From positions 232,943 through 296,942 of the forward strand of contig CAVQGA010000022.1 of NCBI GenBank assembly GCA_963711915.1: a stretch of 64,000 nt of DNA, written 5' to 3'. The position numbers were made by a program, and so were the translations under genes. Below the pieces are notes generated by a model, which worked only from the letters and a program-made list of their open reading frames with translations, was not told where the DNA came from and did no database searches. Within the stretch, counting starts at the first letter, position 1, and every line of letters starts with the position of its first letter. This document shows positions 1 through 9,047 of this stretch, in pieces. The stretch is from an uncultured Gemmatimonadales bacterium (GTDB lineage Bacteria > Gemmatimonadota > Gemmatimonadetes > Gemmatimonadales > GWC2-71-9).

Positions 1-1
1 C

Positions 2-721
2 GGGTACGTGGTGGCGATGGCGCTCGGCGGCATCGCCGCGCGCGGGATCGCGCGGCGCGAGCTGGAGGCGCTCGGTGGCGCTCCAGTCGAGCGCCTGATG
101 GTCGCGCCGAGTCCGGTGACGCCGTTCACCCGGCGCGTGGTCGCCCTGCAGGGCGGCGCCTACCGCGTCGGCACGTTTCGCTGGTTCCGGCGGCCGCACG
201 TGGATGGCACGGGGCTTCGCACCTTTCCCGCGGCGCGACCGGGAGACCCGCCGGTCCTCGCGGCTGGAGCGACGGTGGCGGGCCGCCGGTTTCTCGGCTG
301 GACCCGGTTCCTCACCGTCCAGGTCGAGCGCGACCCCGCGGGAGGCTCGCTCGTCCACCTGATCGACCTGCGCTATGCCGATCGGCCGAACGCCGGCTTC
401 GGCAGCCTGACGGTCGCGGGAGCCACGCTCAGCCCGCCGCCAGCTTCCGCGCCACCTCGAGATACCCTCGCACCATCACCGCCAGCCGGCCCTGGCGGTC
501 GGCGTCGGTCAGGCGCCCGCCGGGACCGAAGGCCTTGTCCGCCCAGGGCAGCGCGTACATGTCGGGATACAGCAGGACTCCCAACCCTTCGAGCGGGATG
601 CGAAGCTGCCATAGCCCCCGGACGCCGCCGACCTGGCTGTTCGACGCCGACAGCAGCAGCCCCGACTTGCCGCGGAGCGGCATCGGCTGCATGCGCGAGA
701 CCCAGTCGATGGCGTTCTTGA
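2..721 (+). CDS. membrane-bound metal-dependent hydrolase (YdjM/COG1988-like), C-terminal part; 5' end outside window
   Basis: Frame is open from the window edge. ...RRFLGWTRFLTVQVE...LVHLIDLRYADRP resembles the conserved C-terminal region of this family. Codons after ~429 are P/R/A-rich low complexity and run antisense through the convergent FMN reductase gene, so the 3' end (first stop at 721) is doubtful. Confidence 0.5.
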   Translation, partial: GYVVAMALGGIAARGIARRELEALGGAPVERLMVAPSPVTPFTRRVVALQGGAYRVGTFRWFRRPHVDGTGLRTFPAARPGDPPVLAAGATVAGRRFLGWTRFLTVQVERDPAGGSLVHLIDLRYADRPNAGFGSLTVAGATLSPPPASAPPRDTLAPSPPAGPGGRRRSGARRDRRPCPPRAARTCRDTAGLPTLRAGCEAAIAPGRRRPGCSTPTAAAPTCRGAASAACARPSRWRS

Positions 722-995
722 GCGTGCCTGGTAGCGAAAAATTGTACTCGGGCGAGGCGATCATGAGGCCGTCCGCCGCGGCGATCCGGCGCCCCAGCTC
801 GGTGGCGCCAGGAGGAAACCCGGACTCCGCGCGGAGATCGGCATCGTACAGCGGCATGTCGAACGCGCGAAACTCGGCCAGATCCACCTCGGCCCCGGCC
901 TCGCGCGCCAGGTCGGCCGCCAGCTGCACGAGCTTCCGATTCCAGGAGTCGCGCCGGAGCGACGCCGCGAAGACGAGCAGCCTCGGCGCGGTCAA
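429..995 (-). CDS. NADPH-dependent FMN reductase (flavodoxin-like fold)
   Basis: LLVFAASLRRDSWNRKL...MIASPEYNFSLPGTLKNAIDWVSR is typical of NADPH-dependent FMN reductases. The TTG start at 995 overlaps the stop of the upstream gene (TTGA). Confidence 0.8.
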   Translation of the reverse strand: MTAPRLLVFAASLRRDSWNRKLVQLAADLAREAGAEVDLAEFRAFDMPLYDADLRAESGFPPGATELGRRIAAADGLMIASPEYNFSLPGTLKNAIDWVSRMQPMPLRGKSGLLLSASNSQVGGVRGLWQLRIPLEGLGVLLYPDMYALPWADKAFGPGGRLTDADRQGRLAVMVRGYLEVARKLAAG

Positions 996-1894
996 TTCGA
1001 AGTCATGGTGTAGCGGATGAGGACCCCCTCGACGAACTCGGCGGTCACCTGGCCCTTGTCGGTCGAGTAGACCCGGGTGGTGACCTTGAGCCGACCCTCC
1101 ATCCGGTCGACGCTCTTGCTCGCCGTTCCCAGCAGCCGGTCCACGTCGGCCAGGAGCATGCCCTTGGACGGGAGCCCGCTCGCGGCGGGGCGCGGCGCCG
1201 GGTCGTTCGAGGCGATCGGCATCGGCGAGGGCGGCGCGGCCTCCGCCTCGGGGAACGTGACGTAGGCCGCCAGCGCCTCTTTCACGGCCTCTGGCGTGAG
1301 CGCCGACGCGGGCACGCCGTTCTTGTAGCGGATGTTGAACCGGGAGCCGCCCTCGAGCCGCCGCTGGCGGATGTTGGACTTCTTGGACTCCTCCGCTTCG
1401 GCGACCGACGCCCGGTTCCGCGAATTCTCCCGCTCCCGCTCGGCCTTGAGGTCGTCGAGCTCTTCCTTCATGTCCCGCCGCCGGGCGGGGTCCTGCTCCC
1501 GCTTGAGCTCCGCCTCGAGATTCTGCTCGCGCTTGGTCTTGGGGGCCTGCGTGACGCTGACGCTCGAGGAGGTCTCGTCGCCCATCGTCCCGTAGCCGCC
1601 GCCGTCGAGCTGGAACTCGATCAGGTTCGACTTGACCTTGACCTTGGTGACAAGGGCATCGTCCCCGGCCCTGAGCGCGGTCCCGTTGCTCTTGAGCCGG
1701 CCGGCGTGCCGGGGGAAGTCGAGCGGCTTCGCGGTGCCCGGATAGATGTCGACGCCGTCCTCGGTGCCGGGCATCGCGAGTTTGACCGTGACGGTTCGGC
1801 CCTCGAAGTACTCTCTGAGCGCGGCTTCGGACTGGGCCTGCCCGGAGGCTGGGGCGAGGATGAGCAGCAGCGCGGCCATCGAACGGAAGGGCAT
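992..1894 (-). CDS. secreted protein of unknown function with charged coiled-coil segment
   Basis: ATG at 1894 gives the signal peptide MPFRSMAALLLILAPASGQAQS. It contains the charged stretch KTKREQNLEAELKREQDPARRRDMKEELDDLKAERERE. It is co-oriented with, and overlaps, the FMN reductase gene. Confidence 0.6.
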   Translation of the reverse strand: MPFRSMAALLLILAPASGQAQSEAALREYFEGRTVTVKLAMPGTEDGVDIYPGTAKPLDFPRHAGRLKSNGTALRAGDDALVTKVKVKSNLIEFQLDGGGYGTMGDETSSSVSVTQAPKTKREQNLEAELKREQDPARRRDMKEELDDLKAERERENSRNRASVAEAEESKKSNIRQRRLEGGSRFNIRYKNGVPASALTPEAVKEALAAYVTFPEAEAAPPSPMPIASNDPAPRPAASGLPSKGMLLADVDRLLGTASKSVDRMEGRLKVTTRVYSTDKGQVTAEFVEGVLIRYTMTSN

Positions 1895-1927
1895 GGGCAC
1901 TCCGGGATACGGTGGTTGCGGAAATAG

Positions 1928-1947
1928 ATATATTGTATACAATATAT
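1928..1947. promoter_or_regulatory. 20-bp perfect AT-rich palindrome ATATATTGTATACAATATAT; candidate GntR-family operator in a divergent promoter gap
   Basis: Perfect inverted repeat read directly. Its core TTGTATACAA fits the generic GntR GT-Nx-AC operator pattern. It lies in the 82-bp gap between divergent genes starting at 1894 (-) and 1977 (+), and is the only AT-rich patch there. Confidence 0.6.
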
Positions 1948-1976
1948 TGAACTTCGTATTCCGAAAGGCTTCGACC

Positions 1977-2633
1977 ATGATCGCCAGAAGCCCGCTCCGC
2001 GACTTGGCCTATCAACAGATCGTCGATCGCGTCCAACTCGGCCAGCTACCTGCCGGCTCGCGCGTGCGCGACATCGAACTCGCCGCCCAACTGGGCGTCA
2101 GCCGGACTCCGGTCCGGGAGGCCCTGCTGCGGCTGGCCCGCGAGGGCGTCCTCGAAACCAGCATGGGGCGCGGCTTCACGGTAAGGCGCCTCGACCCGGC
2201 GGAGATTCGGGAGGTGGGCGCCATCCTCGGCGCACTCGAGGCGCTCGCCCTCCGCCTTTCGCCGCCGGCTTCGCCCGCCCGCCTCGATCGTTTGCGGGAG
2301 ATCGATCGGCGCCTCGACCGGACCCGCGGCGATGTCTCGGCTTGTCTGGACCTGGAGGACGAGTGGCACCGCGTGCTGCTCGAGGAATGCCCCAACCGCC
2401 GGTTGATCGACCTGATTACGGCGCTCCGGCAGGTGCCGCGCCGGTACCTGGCGGCCTATCTGCGTGACGCGGGCACGATCAGCCTGTCGACCCAGCCCCA
2501 CGCGAAGATTCTCCACGCCCTCAGCTCGGGCACTGGCGACAGCGTCGCGGCGGTGTTCGACCAGCAATGGCGTCGGGCCGTCGCCGAGCTTGACGCATGG
2601 GCCTCCCGGGCCGCCGCTGGCTCCTCCTCGTGA
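1977..2633 (+). CDS. GntR family transcriptional regulator (FadR/FCD-type C-terminal domain)
   Basis: N-terminal winged helix LPAGSRVRDIELAAQLGVSRTPVREALLRLAREGVLE. ATG at 1977 is in frame with ORF 1746-2633. Confidence 0.85.
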   Translation: MIARSPLRDLAYQQIVDRVQLGQLPAGSRVRDIELAAQLGVSRTPVREALLRLAREGVLETSMGRGFTVRRLDPAEIREVGAILGALEALALRLSPPASPARLDRLREIDRRLDRTRGDVSACLDLEDEWHRVLLEECPNRRLIDLITALRQVPRRYLAAYLRDAGTISLSTQPHAKILHALSSGTGDSVAAVFDQQWRRAVAELDAWASRAAAGSSS

Positions 2634-3844
2634 CACCGCCGGCGGGTCACCCGGATCTCGGTCGCTGGCGGGACGACACGCCGGGGTGCGAGCGTATCGT
2701 GCACCTCAACAACGCCGGGGCGTCGCTCACCCCGCGGCCGGTCCGTCAGGCAATTCGCGCCCACCTCGATCTCGAGGATGAGATCGGCGGCTATGAAGCC
2801 GCCGACGCCCGGATGGAAGCCACTGCGCAAGCAGTGGACGACGTGGCCCAACTGGTCGGCGCCCGGCGCCGCAACATCGCCCTCGTACAGAGCTCCACCG
2901 CGGGCTTCGCCCTGGCCCTGGCGACTTTCGACTTCGCTCCCGGTGACCTGATCGTCACCAGTCGAGCCGACTACGCCTCCAATCAGATCATGTACCTGTC
3001 CCTGGCCCGGCGACTGGGGGCCGAGATCATCCGGGCGCCCGACCTCGCCGAAGGCGGCGTCGACCCGGCCGCCGTTCGCGATCTCATCCGTCGCCGCCGC
3101 CCAAAGCTGGTCGCGATCACTTGGGTCCCCACCAACTCCGGATTGGTCCAAGCGGTGGCCGAGGTCGGGGACGCCTGTCGTGCGGCGGAGGTACCGTACC
3201 TGGTGGATGCCTGCCAGGCGGTCGGACAGATCCCGATCGACGCGGCGCAGATCGGCTGCGACTACCTGGCGGCCACGTCGCGGAAATTTCTCCGCGGACC
3301 CCGTGGCATCGGCTTTCTCTACGTCGCCGACGGCGCCCTGGCGCGTGGTGCTCATCCCCTGCTGCCGGACATGCACGGTGCCACCTGGACCGATCCCGAA
3401 CGCTACCAGCTCGCGCCGGATGCCCGTCGATTCGAGCAGTTCGAGATCTCGTGCGCGCTCGTGCTGGGACTCGGCGCGGCAGCGCGCTACGCCGCGGACG
3501 TGGGACTCGAGTCGGCTCGCGACCGGGCCCGGGCTCTCGCCGCCTACGCCCGTGCCCGGCTCGCGGAACTGCCCGGGGTTCGCGTGTTGGATCGGGGACC
3601 CGAGCTCTGCGCCATCGTCACCGCCGAGACCATGGGTCGGCCGGGCGCCGAAATCAAGCTGGCACTTCGCGCGCGGGGGATCAACACCAGCTCACCATCC
3701 AGGGAGGATGCGGTCATCGACATGGACGCCAAGGGCGCCTCCTCGGCCATCCGCTTCTCGCCGCACTACTACAACACCGCCGCGGAGATCGATACGGGGG
3801 TCGAGGCGGTTCGGGAAGTGCTCGCTCCGCGGGCCGCCCGGTGA
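2597..3844 (+). CDS. class V aminotransferase-fold PLP-dependent enzyme (cysteine desulfurase / epimerase-like)
   Basis: HLNNAGASL..., VDACQAVGQIPID and ATSRKFLRGPRGIGFLY (PLP-lysine region) motifs. An alternative GTG start at 2630 overlaps the GntR stop (GTGA). Confidence 0.8.
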   Translation: MGLPGRRWLLLVTPPAGHPDLGRWRDDTPGCERIVHLNNAGASLTPRPVRQAIRAHLDLEDEIGGYEAADARMEATAQAVDDVAQLVGARRRNIALVQSSTAGFALALATFDFAPGDLIVTSRADYASNQIMYLSLARRLGAEIIRAPDLAEGGVDPAAVRDLIRRRRPKLVAITWVPTNSGLVQAVAEVGDACRAAEVPYLVDACQAVGQIPIDAAQIGCDYLAATSRKFLRGPRGIGFLYVADGALARGAHPLLPDMHGATWTDPERYQLAPDARRFEQFEISCALVLGLGAAARYAADVGLESARDRARALAAYARARLAELPGVRVLDRGPELCAIVTAETMGRPGAEIKLALRARGINTSSPSREDAVIDMDAKGASSAIRFSPHYYNTAAEIDTGVEAVREVLAPRAAR

Positions 3845-3848
3845 CTCC

Positions 3849-3952
3849 CGCGTCATCCTGAGCGGAGCGAAGGATCGGGTCGCTCATGGGAGTGAATCTC
3901 GGGGATCACTCACACCACCGACCCGATCCTTCGCTCCGCTCAGGATGACGCG
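3849..3952. repeat. palindromic intergenic repeat, variant subfamily: perfect 34-bp inverted repeat with 36-nt loop
   Basis: CGCGTCATCCTGAGCGGAGCGAAGGATCGGGTCG (3849-3882) is exactly complementary to 3919-3952. It fills the gap between convergent genes ending at 3844 and 3959. Confidence 0.9.
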
Positions 3953-3958
3953 CGCCCC

Positions 3959-4639
3959 CTACCCTCTCCCCCGCAGCACCTTGTCCAGCACCGGCCAGAC
4001 CGTCTCCGCCACGCGCCGCTGTCCCGCCGCCGTCGGGTGCATCATGTCGTCCTGATTGAGCGACGCTCGCCCCGCCACACCTTCCAGCAGGAACGGCACG
4101 AGGGCGAGCCGGTTGCGCTTGGCCAGCTCGGGATAGACCTGGCTGAATCGCCGGGCGTAGGTCAGCCCGTAGTTGGGGAGGGCCCGCATGCCGACGAGCA
4201 CGATTCGCGGGGGCGGCGTCTGGCGCCGCGCCCGGTCGATGATCGCCTGGATGTTGGCCTCCATCGAGTCCACGTCGAGCCCGCGGAGCCCGTCGTTCGC
4301 GCCGGTCTCGATCACGAGCACGGCGGCCGGCTGGCTCAGGATCCAGTCGATGCGGTGGAGCGCGCCCGACGAGGTCTCGCCGCTGACGCCGGCGTTGACG
4401 GCGGTGAAACGGAGCCCGGCCGAGTCCATCTTCTGCTGCAGCAGCGCGGGATAGGCCTCGGACGGGTCGACCCCAAGCCCCGCGGTGAGGCTCGTACCGA
4501 GAAAAACGACGCGGCCGCGTTCGCCGTCGGCCGGCACCGGCGGCGGACCGGCATCGGCCGGTGCCGGACCCCGATCGCAGGCGCCGATCGCGAGCAGCAC
4601 CAAACCGATCCACCCCCACCGGGGTATCATTGACACCAT
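3959..4639 (-). CDS. tesA: SGNH/GDSL arylesterase / lysophospholipase (TesA-like), lipoprotein signal
   Basis: FLGTSLTAG (GDS-like block), ETGANDGLRG and the DDMMHPT (DxxH) block. Lipobox LLAIGAC. Divergent from a ybbA/ybbP-like pair, as in E. coli. Alternative starts at 4630 (ATG) and 4663 (TTG). Confidence 0.8.
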   Translation of the reverse strand: MVSMIPRWGWIGLVLLAIGACDRGPAPADAGPPPVPADGERGRVVFLGTSLTAGLGVDPSEAYPALLQQKMDSAGLRFTAVNAGVSGETSSGALHRIDWILSQPAAVLVIETGANDGLRGLDVDSMEANIQAIIDRARRQTPPPRIVLVGMRALPNYGLTYARRFSQVYPELAKRNRLALVPFLLEGVAGRASLNQDDMMHPTAAGQRRVAETVWPVLDKVLRGRG

Positions 4640-5306
4640 GCTGCGTTGCGCCTCGCTGACCAAGATCTATCTCTCCGGCGGCCGCCGGCTCACGGTGTTG
4701 AAGGATATCACGTTCGCCGTGGAGCCGGGCGCGTTCGTCGCCATCGTGGGGCCCTCGGGCAGCGGCAAGACGACGCTGCTCGGCCTGCTCGCCGGACTCG
4801 ACCGCCCGACGGCGGGGACCGTGCATCTCGACGGCGAGGAGCTCGGCGCCCTGGACGAGGACCGCCGCGCGCGGCTCCGAGTGGAGAAGGTCGGCTTCGT
4901 GTTCCAGTCGTTCCAGCTCATTCCCACGCTCACCGCCCGCGAGAACGTGCAGGTCCCGCTCGAGCTCCGCGGCGAGGCCGCCGGCGCCCGTGCCACCGAG
5001 CTGCTCGAGCGCGTGGGCCTCGCCGACCGGGGGCACCACTATCCCGCGCAGCTCTCGGGCGGCGAGCAGCAGCGCGTCGCCCTCGCCCGCGCGTTCAGCA
5101 CCCGGCCGCGGGTGCTCTTCGCCGACGAGCCCACCGGCAACCTCGACGCCGGCACCGGCGCCACCATCATCGATCTGATGACGGAGCTCAACCGCGACCT
5201 CGGCACGACGCTGGTCCTGGTAACGCACGACCTCGATCTCGCGGCCCGCGCCCGGCGGACCATCCGCCTGGCCGACGGCGAGATCGTGGCCGATACCGCC
5301 GCGTGA
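4638..5306 (+). CDS. ybbA: ABC transporter ATP-binding protein (YbbA/LolD-like)
   Basis: Walker A GPSGSGKTT, signature LSGGEQQRVALARA, Walker B VLFADEPT. ATG at 4638. Confidence 0.9.
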   Translation: MLRCASLTKIYLSGGRRLTVLKDITFAVEPGAFVAIVGPSGSGKTTLLGLLAGLDRPTAGTVHLDGEELGALDEDRRARLRVEKVGFVFQSFQLIPTLTARENVQVPLELRGEAAGARATELLERVGLADRGHHYPAQLSGGEQQRVALARAFSTRPRVLFADEPTGNLDAGTGATIIDLMTELNRDLGTTLVLVTHDLDLAARARRTIRLADGEIVADTAA

Positions 5307-5345
5307 GCGGGCGCGCACGCGAACCGGGCGCCTGAGCGTCGGCGC

Positions 5346-7898
5346 ATGAGCGGGCCGGCGTTCGTGTTGCGGATGGCCGCGCGCGAGATCAGGGCGGCCC
5401 CACGGCGGCTGCTCCTCCTCACCGCGTCGATCGCGATCGGCGTCGCGGCGCTCGTCGCGATCGACTCCTTCGCCGACAACCTGCGCGACTCGGTCCGGGG
5501 CCAGGCCCGGGCCCTGCTCGGCGCCGACCTGGCGCTCTCCAGCCGGCGCCCGCTGCCGGGCGCCGCGGAGCGGGTGCTCGACACGCTCGCCGCGGCGGGC
5601 GGTCGCGTCGCCCGGCTCACGAGCTTCTCCGGAATGGCGTACGTGCCGCGCACCAACGGCACCCGGCTGGTGCAGGTGGCGGCCGTCGAGGCGGGCTACC
5701 CGTTCTATGGCGAGATCCGGACGGCGCCCGCCGCCGCGTGGTCCGAGCTGCCGCGGGGCGGCCGCGTCGTCGTGGATCCCTCGCTCCTCACGGCACTCCT
5801 CGCGCGCGTCGGCGACACGCTGGCCCTGGGCGAGACCCGCTTCGTCATCAGCGGCACGATCGTGAGCGCTCCGGGCAACGTCGGCGTCCGCGCCGCGTTC
5901 GGACCGCGGATCTACATCTTCGCCGGCAACCTCCCGGCGACGCGCCTCCTGGGCTTCGGCTCGCGCGCCGAGTACGAGGCATACGTGCGGCTGCCCTCGA
6001 CCGCGTCGCCTCAGACGCTCGCGGATCGCTTCCGGCCGCAGCTCGTGCCCGAGCGGGTGCGGGTCCGGACCGTAGCCGAAGACCAGGAGAATCTGAACGA
6101 CGCCCTCGGACGGCTCACCGGATACCTCGGGCTCGTCGCCCTGATCGCGCTGCTCCTGGGCGGGATCGGGGTGAGCAGTGGGGTGGTCGTCTTCATCCGG
6201 CAGCGGCTCGAGACCATCGCGGTGCTTCGCTGCCTCGGTGCGACCGCGGGCCGGGTACTCGCGGTGTACGCCACCGAAGCGGCGGCGATGGGGCTCACCG
6301 GCAGCGTCGCCGGGGCGGCGCTCGGTGTCGTCATGCAGCGGCTGCTGCCGGGCCTGCTGGCGGGATTGCTGCCGGTCGACGTCCGGACAGTGGTGTCGCC
6401 CCGGGCGCTGGCGCTCGGCGTGGGCATGGGGCTCTGGGTCGCGCTCGTCTTCGCGCTGCTGCCGCTGCTCGCGGTGCGGCGGGTGCCGCCGCTCGCGGCG
6501 CTGCGCCGCGAGGTCGAGCCCGAGCCGGAGCGCCGGCTGGACCCGTGGCGGCTCGCCGCCGTTGCCGCGCTCGGGGCGAGCACCGTCGCGCTGGCCGCGC
6601 TCCAGGTGGGAAGCTGGCGCCAGGGGGCCATCTTTTCGGGCGCCGTCGCCACCGCGCTGCTGGTGCTCTGGGGTGCCTCCTGGGCGATGGTCCGCGCCGT
6701 GCGCCGGTGGCTTCCGCGCAGGTGGCCCTATGTCTGGCGGCAGGGCGTCGCCAACCTGCAGCGGCCCTCGAATCAGACGGCCACCGTGGTGCTCGCCATC
6801 GGGTTCGGCGCGTTTCTGCTCGGGACCCTGTTCCTGGTGCAGTACAACCTGCTCCGGACGCTCCGGATCAGCGGCGGACCGGCGCGGCCCAACCTGGTGC
6901 TGTTCGACATTCAGCCCGACCAGCTCGCCACCGTCGACCGGGAGCTCGCCGCCGCGGGCTACCGCGCGGCCGGACCGGTCCCCATCGTCCCGATGCGCAT
7001 TCAGTCCATCAACGGCCGGCCGGTGACGCTCGCGCTGGCCGATAGCGCCCGGGACGAGGACGGCGGCCGCGGGCCGCGGAACGGCTGGGCGCTCCGCCGG
7101 GAATACCGCTCCACCTACCGCGACACGCTGGTGGCCTCCGAGCGGCTCGTGGGCGGGCGGTGGTGGGCGCGCGGCGGGGCGGCGGGCGCGGTCTCGGTCG
7201 AGCGCGACCTTGCGCGCGAGCTCGGCGTCGGCGTGGGCGACCGGATCGTGTGGGACGTGCAGGGCGTGCCGCTCGCCACCCGGGTGGCGAGCCTGCGGGA
7301 GGTGGACTGGGCGCGGTTCGAGCCCAACTTCTTCGTCGTGTTCGCGCCGGGGATGCTCGAGCGGGCGCCGCAGACCTACGTCACGCTCACGCGCATCGCC
7401 GGGCCGGCGGACCGGGGCACGTTTCAGCGGCGCATCGCCGAGCGGCTGCCCAACGTCACCAGCGTGGACCTGTCGTCGGTGCAGGAGACGCTCGAGCGCC
7501 TCATCGACCGGGTGACGCTCGCGATCCGGTTCATGGCGCTCTTCACCCTCGGCACCGGCACGCTGGTGCTGGTCGGAGCGCTCGCCACCAGCCGGTTTCA
7601 GCGGATCCGCGAGGGGGCGCTCCTCAGGACCCTCGGAGCCACGCGCGCCCAGCTGCTCCGGATCGTGCTGTCAGAGTACCTCTCGCTGGGAGCGCTGGCC
7701 GCGGCCGTGGCGCTGGGCCTGGCGGGCGTGGCCGGCTGGGCGCTCGCCCGTTTCGTGTTCGACGGGACGTTCGACCTGCCACTGCTCCCCTTCACCGGTC
7801 TCGGCGCCGCGGTCGTCGCGCTCACGGTGGCGGTGGGCCTCGCCAACAGCCGCGAGGTGCTGCGCCGGCCGCCGCTCGAGGTCCTGCGGTCGGAATGA
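5346..7898 (+). CDS. ybbP: ABC transporter permease with duplicated FtsX-type domains (YbbP-like)
   Basis: 850 aa with two blocks of TM helices separated by large extracytoplasmic domains. It immediately follows the ATPase, matching the E. coli tesA/ybbA/ybbP arrangement. Confidence 0.8.
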   Translation: MSGPAFVLRMAAREIRAAPRRLLLLTASIAIGVAALVAIDSFADNLRDSVRGQARALLGADLALSSRRPLPGAAERVLDTLAAAGGRVARLTSFSGMAYVPRTNGTRLVQVAAVEAGYPFYGEIRTAPAAAWSELPRGGRVVVDPSLLTALLARVGDTLALGETRFVISGTIVSAPGNVGVRAAFGPRIYIFAGNLPATRLLGFGSRAEYEAYVRLPSTASPQTLADRFRPQLVPERVRVRTVAEDQENLNDALGRLTGYLGLVALIALLLGGIGVSSGVVVFIRQRLETIAVLRCLGATAGRVLAVYATEAAAMGLTGSVAGAALGVVMQRLLPGLLAGLLPVDVRTVVSPRALALGVGMGLWVALVFALLPLLAVRRVPPLAALRREVEPEPERRLDPWRLAAVAALGASTVALAALQVGSWRQGAIFSGAVATALLVLWGASWAMVRAVRRWLPRRWPYVWRQGVANLQRPSNQTATVVLAIGFGAFLLGTLFLVQYNLLRTLRISGGPARPNLVLFDIQPDQLATVDRELAAAGYRAAGPVPIVPMRIQSINGRPVTLALADSARDEDGGRGPRNGWALRREYRSTYRDTLVASERLVGGRWWARGGAAGAVSVERDLARELGVGVGDRIVWDVQGVPLATRVASLREVDWARFEPNFFVVFAPGMLERAPQTYVTLTRIAGPADRGTFQRRIAERLPNVTSVDLSSVQETLERLIDRVTLAIRFMALFTLGTGTLVLVGALATSRFQRIREGALLRTLGATRAQLLRIVLSEYLSLGALAAAVALGLAGVAGWALARFVFDGTFDLPLLPFTGLGAAVVALTVAVGLANSREVLRRPPLEVLRSE

Positions 7899-7918
7899 GC
7901 GGCGGCTATACTTCCCCG

Positions 7919-8075
7919 CACCGTCATCCCGAGCCCGCACCGTCATCCCGGGCCCGCATCGTCATCCCGAGCGGAGCGAGGGACCTTGCCCGTCTGCTCC
8001 GGACCCGTAGCGTAGGTCCGATACGGCGAGCAGATCCCTCGCTCCGGTCGGGATGACGGCCGCTCCGCTCGGGAG
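7919..8075. repeat. palindromic intergenic repeat cluster (three 19-nt phased GTCATCC left arms plus a complex hairpin)
   Basis: GTCATCCCG occurs at 7923, 7942 and 7961. The arm GTCATCCCGAGCGGAGCGAGGGA pairs with TCCCTCGCTCCGGTCGGGATGAC (ending 8057) with one mismatch. Inner pairings are TCTGCTC/GAGCAGA and CGGACC/GGTCCG. Confidence 0.85.
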
Positions 8076-8140
8076 ACGGCATCCTCGGCACGCCTCGGCC
8101 GGAGCACACCTCAACCACTTCACGCGAGGGTTTCCACCCC

Positions 8141-9043
8141 ATGCTCGCGATCGATCTGACCGGCAAGCGCGCCCTGGTGGCCGGCGTCTCCGACGACGGC
8201 GGCTTCGGCTTCGCCATCGCCAAGTCGCTGGCGGAGGCCGGAGCGACGATCTGCCTCGGGAGCTGGCCGCCCGCCCTGGGCATCTTCACCAAGTTGCTCG
8301 AGCGCGGGAAGATGGACGACTCGATGCGGCTGAGCGACGGACGGAAGCTGGAGTTCGAGCGGATCTATCCGCTCGACGCGGCGTTCGACGTGCTCGACGA
8401 CGCGCCGGCGGAGGTTCGGGAGAACAAGCGCTACAAGGAGCAGGGCGACTTCAGCGTGCAGGGAATGGCCGACCGCATCCGCGGCGATTTCGGCGACGCC
8501 GCGCTCGACATCGTCGTGCACAGCCTGGCCAACGGCCCCGAGGTGAAGTCGCCGCTGGTGGACACCAGCCGGCGCGGCTACCTCGCGGCCGTCAGCGTGA
8601 GCGCCTACAGCAACATCAGCCTCGTGAGCCGGCTGGCGCCGCTGATGCGGCCCGGGGGCGCGTTTCTCTCGCTCACCTACATGGCCGGCGAGCGCGTGAT
8701 CCCGGGGTACGGTGGCGGCATGTCGTCGGCCAAGGCCGCGCTGGAGGCCGACACGCGCACCCTGGCGTACGAGGCCGGCCGACGCTGGGGCGTCCGCATC
8801 AACGCGATCTCCGCCGGCCCCTGGGCCTCGCGCGCGGCCTCGGCCATCGGGTTCATCGATACGATGATCAAGTACGCCGCTGCGAACTCGCCCGTGCCGC
8901 GGGCCATCGACGCCACCGAAGTCGGGAACACCGCCGCCTTTCTCGCCAGCCCGCTCGCGTCGGGCATCACCGGCAGCGTGGTCTACGTGGACAACGGGTT
9001 TCACGCGATGGGCATGGCGGTGCCGGCGCCGGGCGCAGGCTGA
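8141..9043 (+). CDS. fabI: enoyl-[acyl-carrier-protein] reductase, NADH-dependent, long form with internal insertion
   Basis: [21 protein letters not shown]..., [25 protein letters not shown] (Y-x6-K region) and INAISAGP. The ~60-aa insertion after the first beta-alpha unit resembles plant/chlamydial-type FabI. Confidence 0.85.
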   Translation: MLAIDLTGKRALVAGVSDDGGFGFAIAKSLAEAGATICLGSWPPALGIFTKLLERGKMDDSMRLSDGRKLEFERIYPLDAAFDVLDDAPAEVRENKRYKEQGDFSVQGMADRIRGDFGDAALDIVVHSLANGPEVKSPLVDTSRRGYLAAVSVSAYSNISLVSRLAPLMRPGGAFLSLTYMAGERVIPGYGGGMSSAKAALEADTRTLAYEAGRRWGVRINAISAGPWASRAASAIGFIDTMIKYAAANSPVPRAIDATEVGNTAAFLASPLASGITGSVVYVDNGFHAMGMAVPAPGAG

Positions 9044-9047
9044 GCGG

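Noticed and set aside
3906-5318. 470-aa minus-strand ORF
   Set aside because: It is out of frame with the tesA-like gene and antisense to the ABC ATPase, with G/R/A-rich low complexity.
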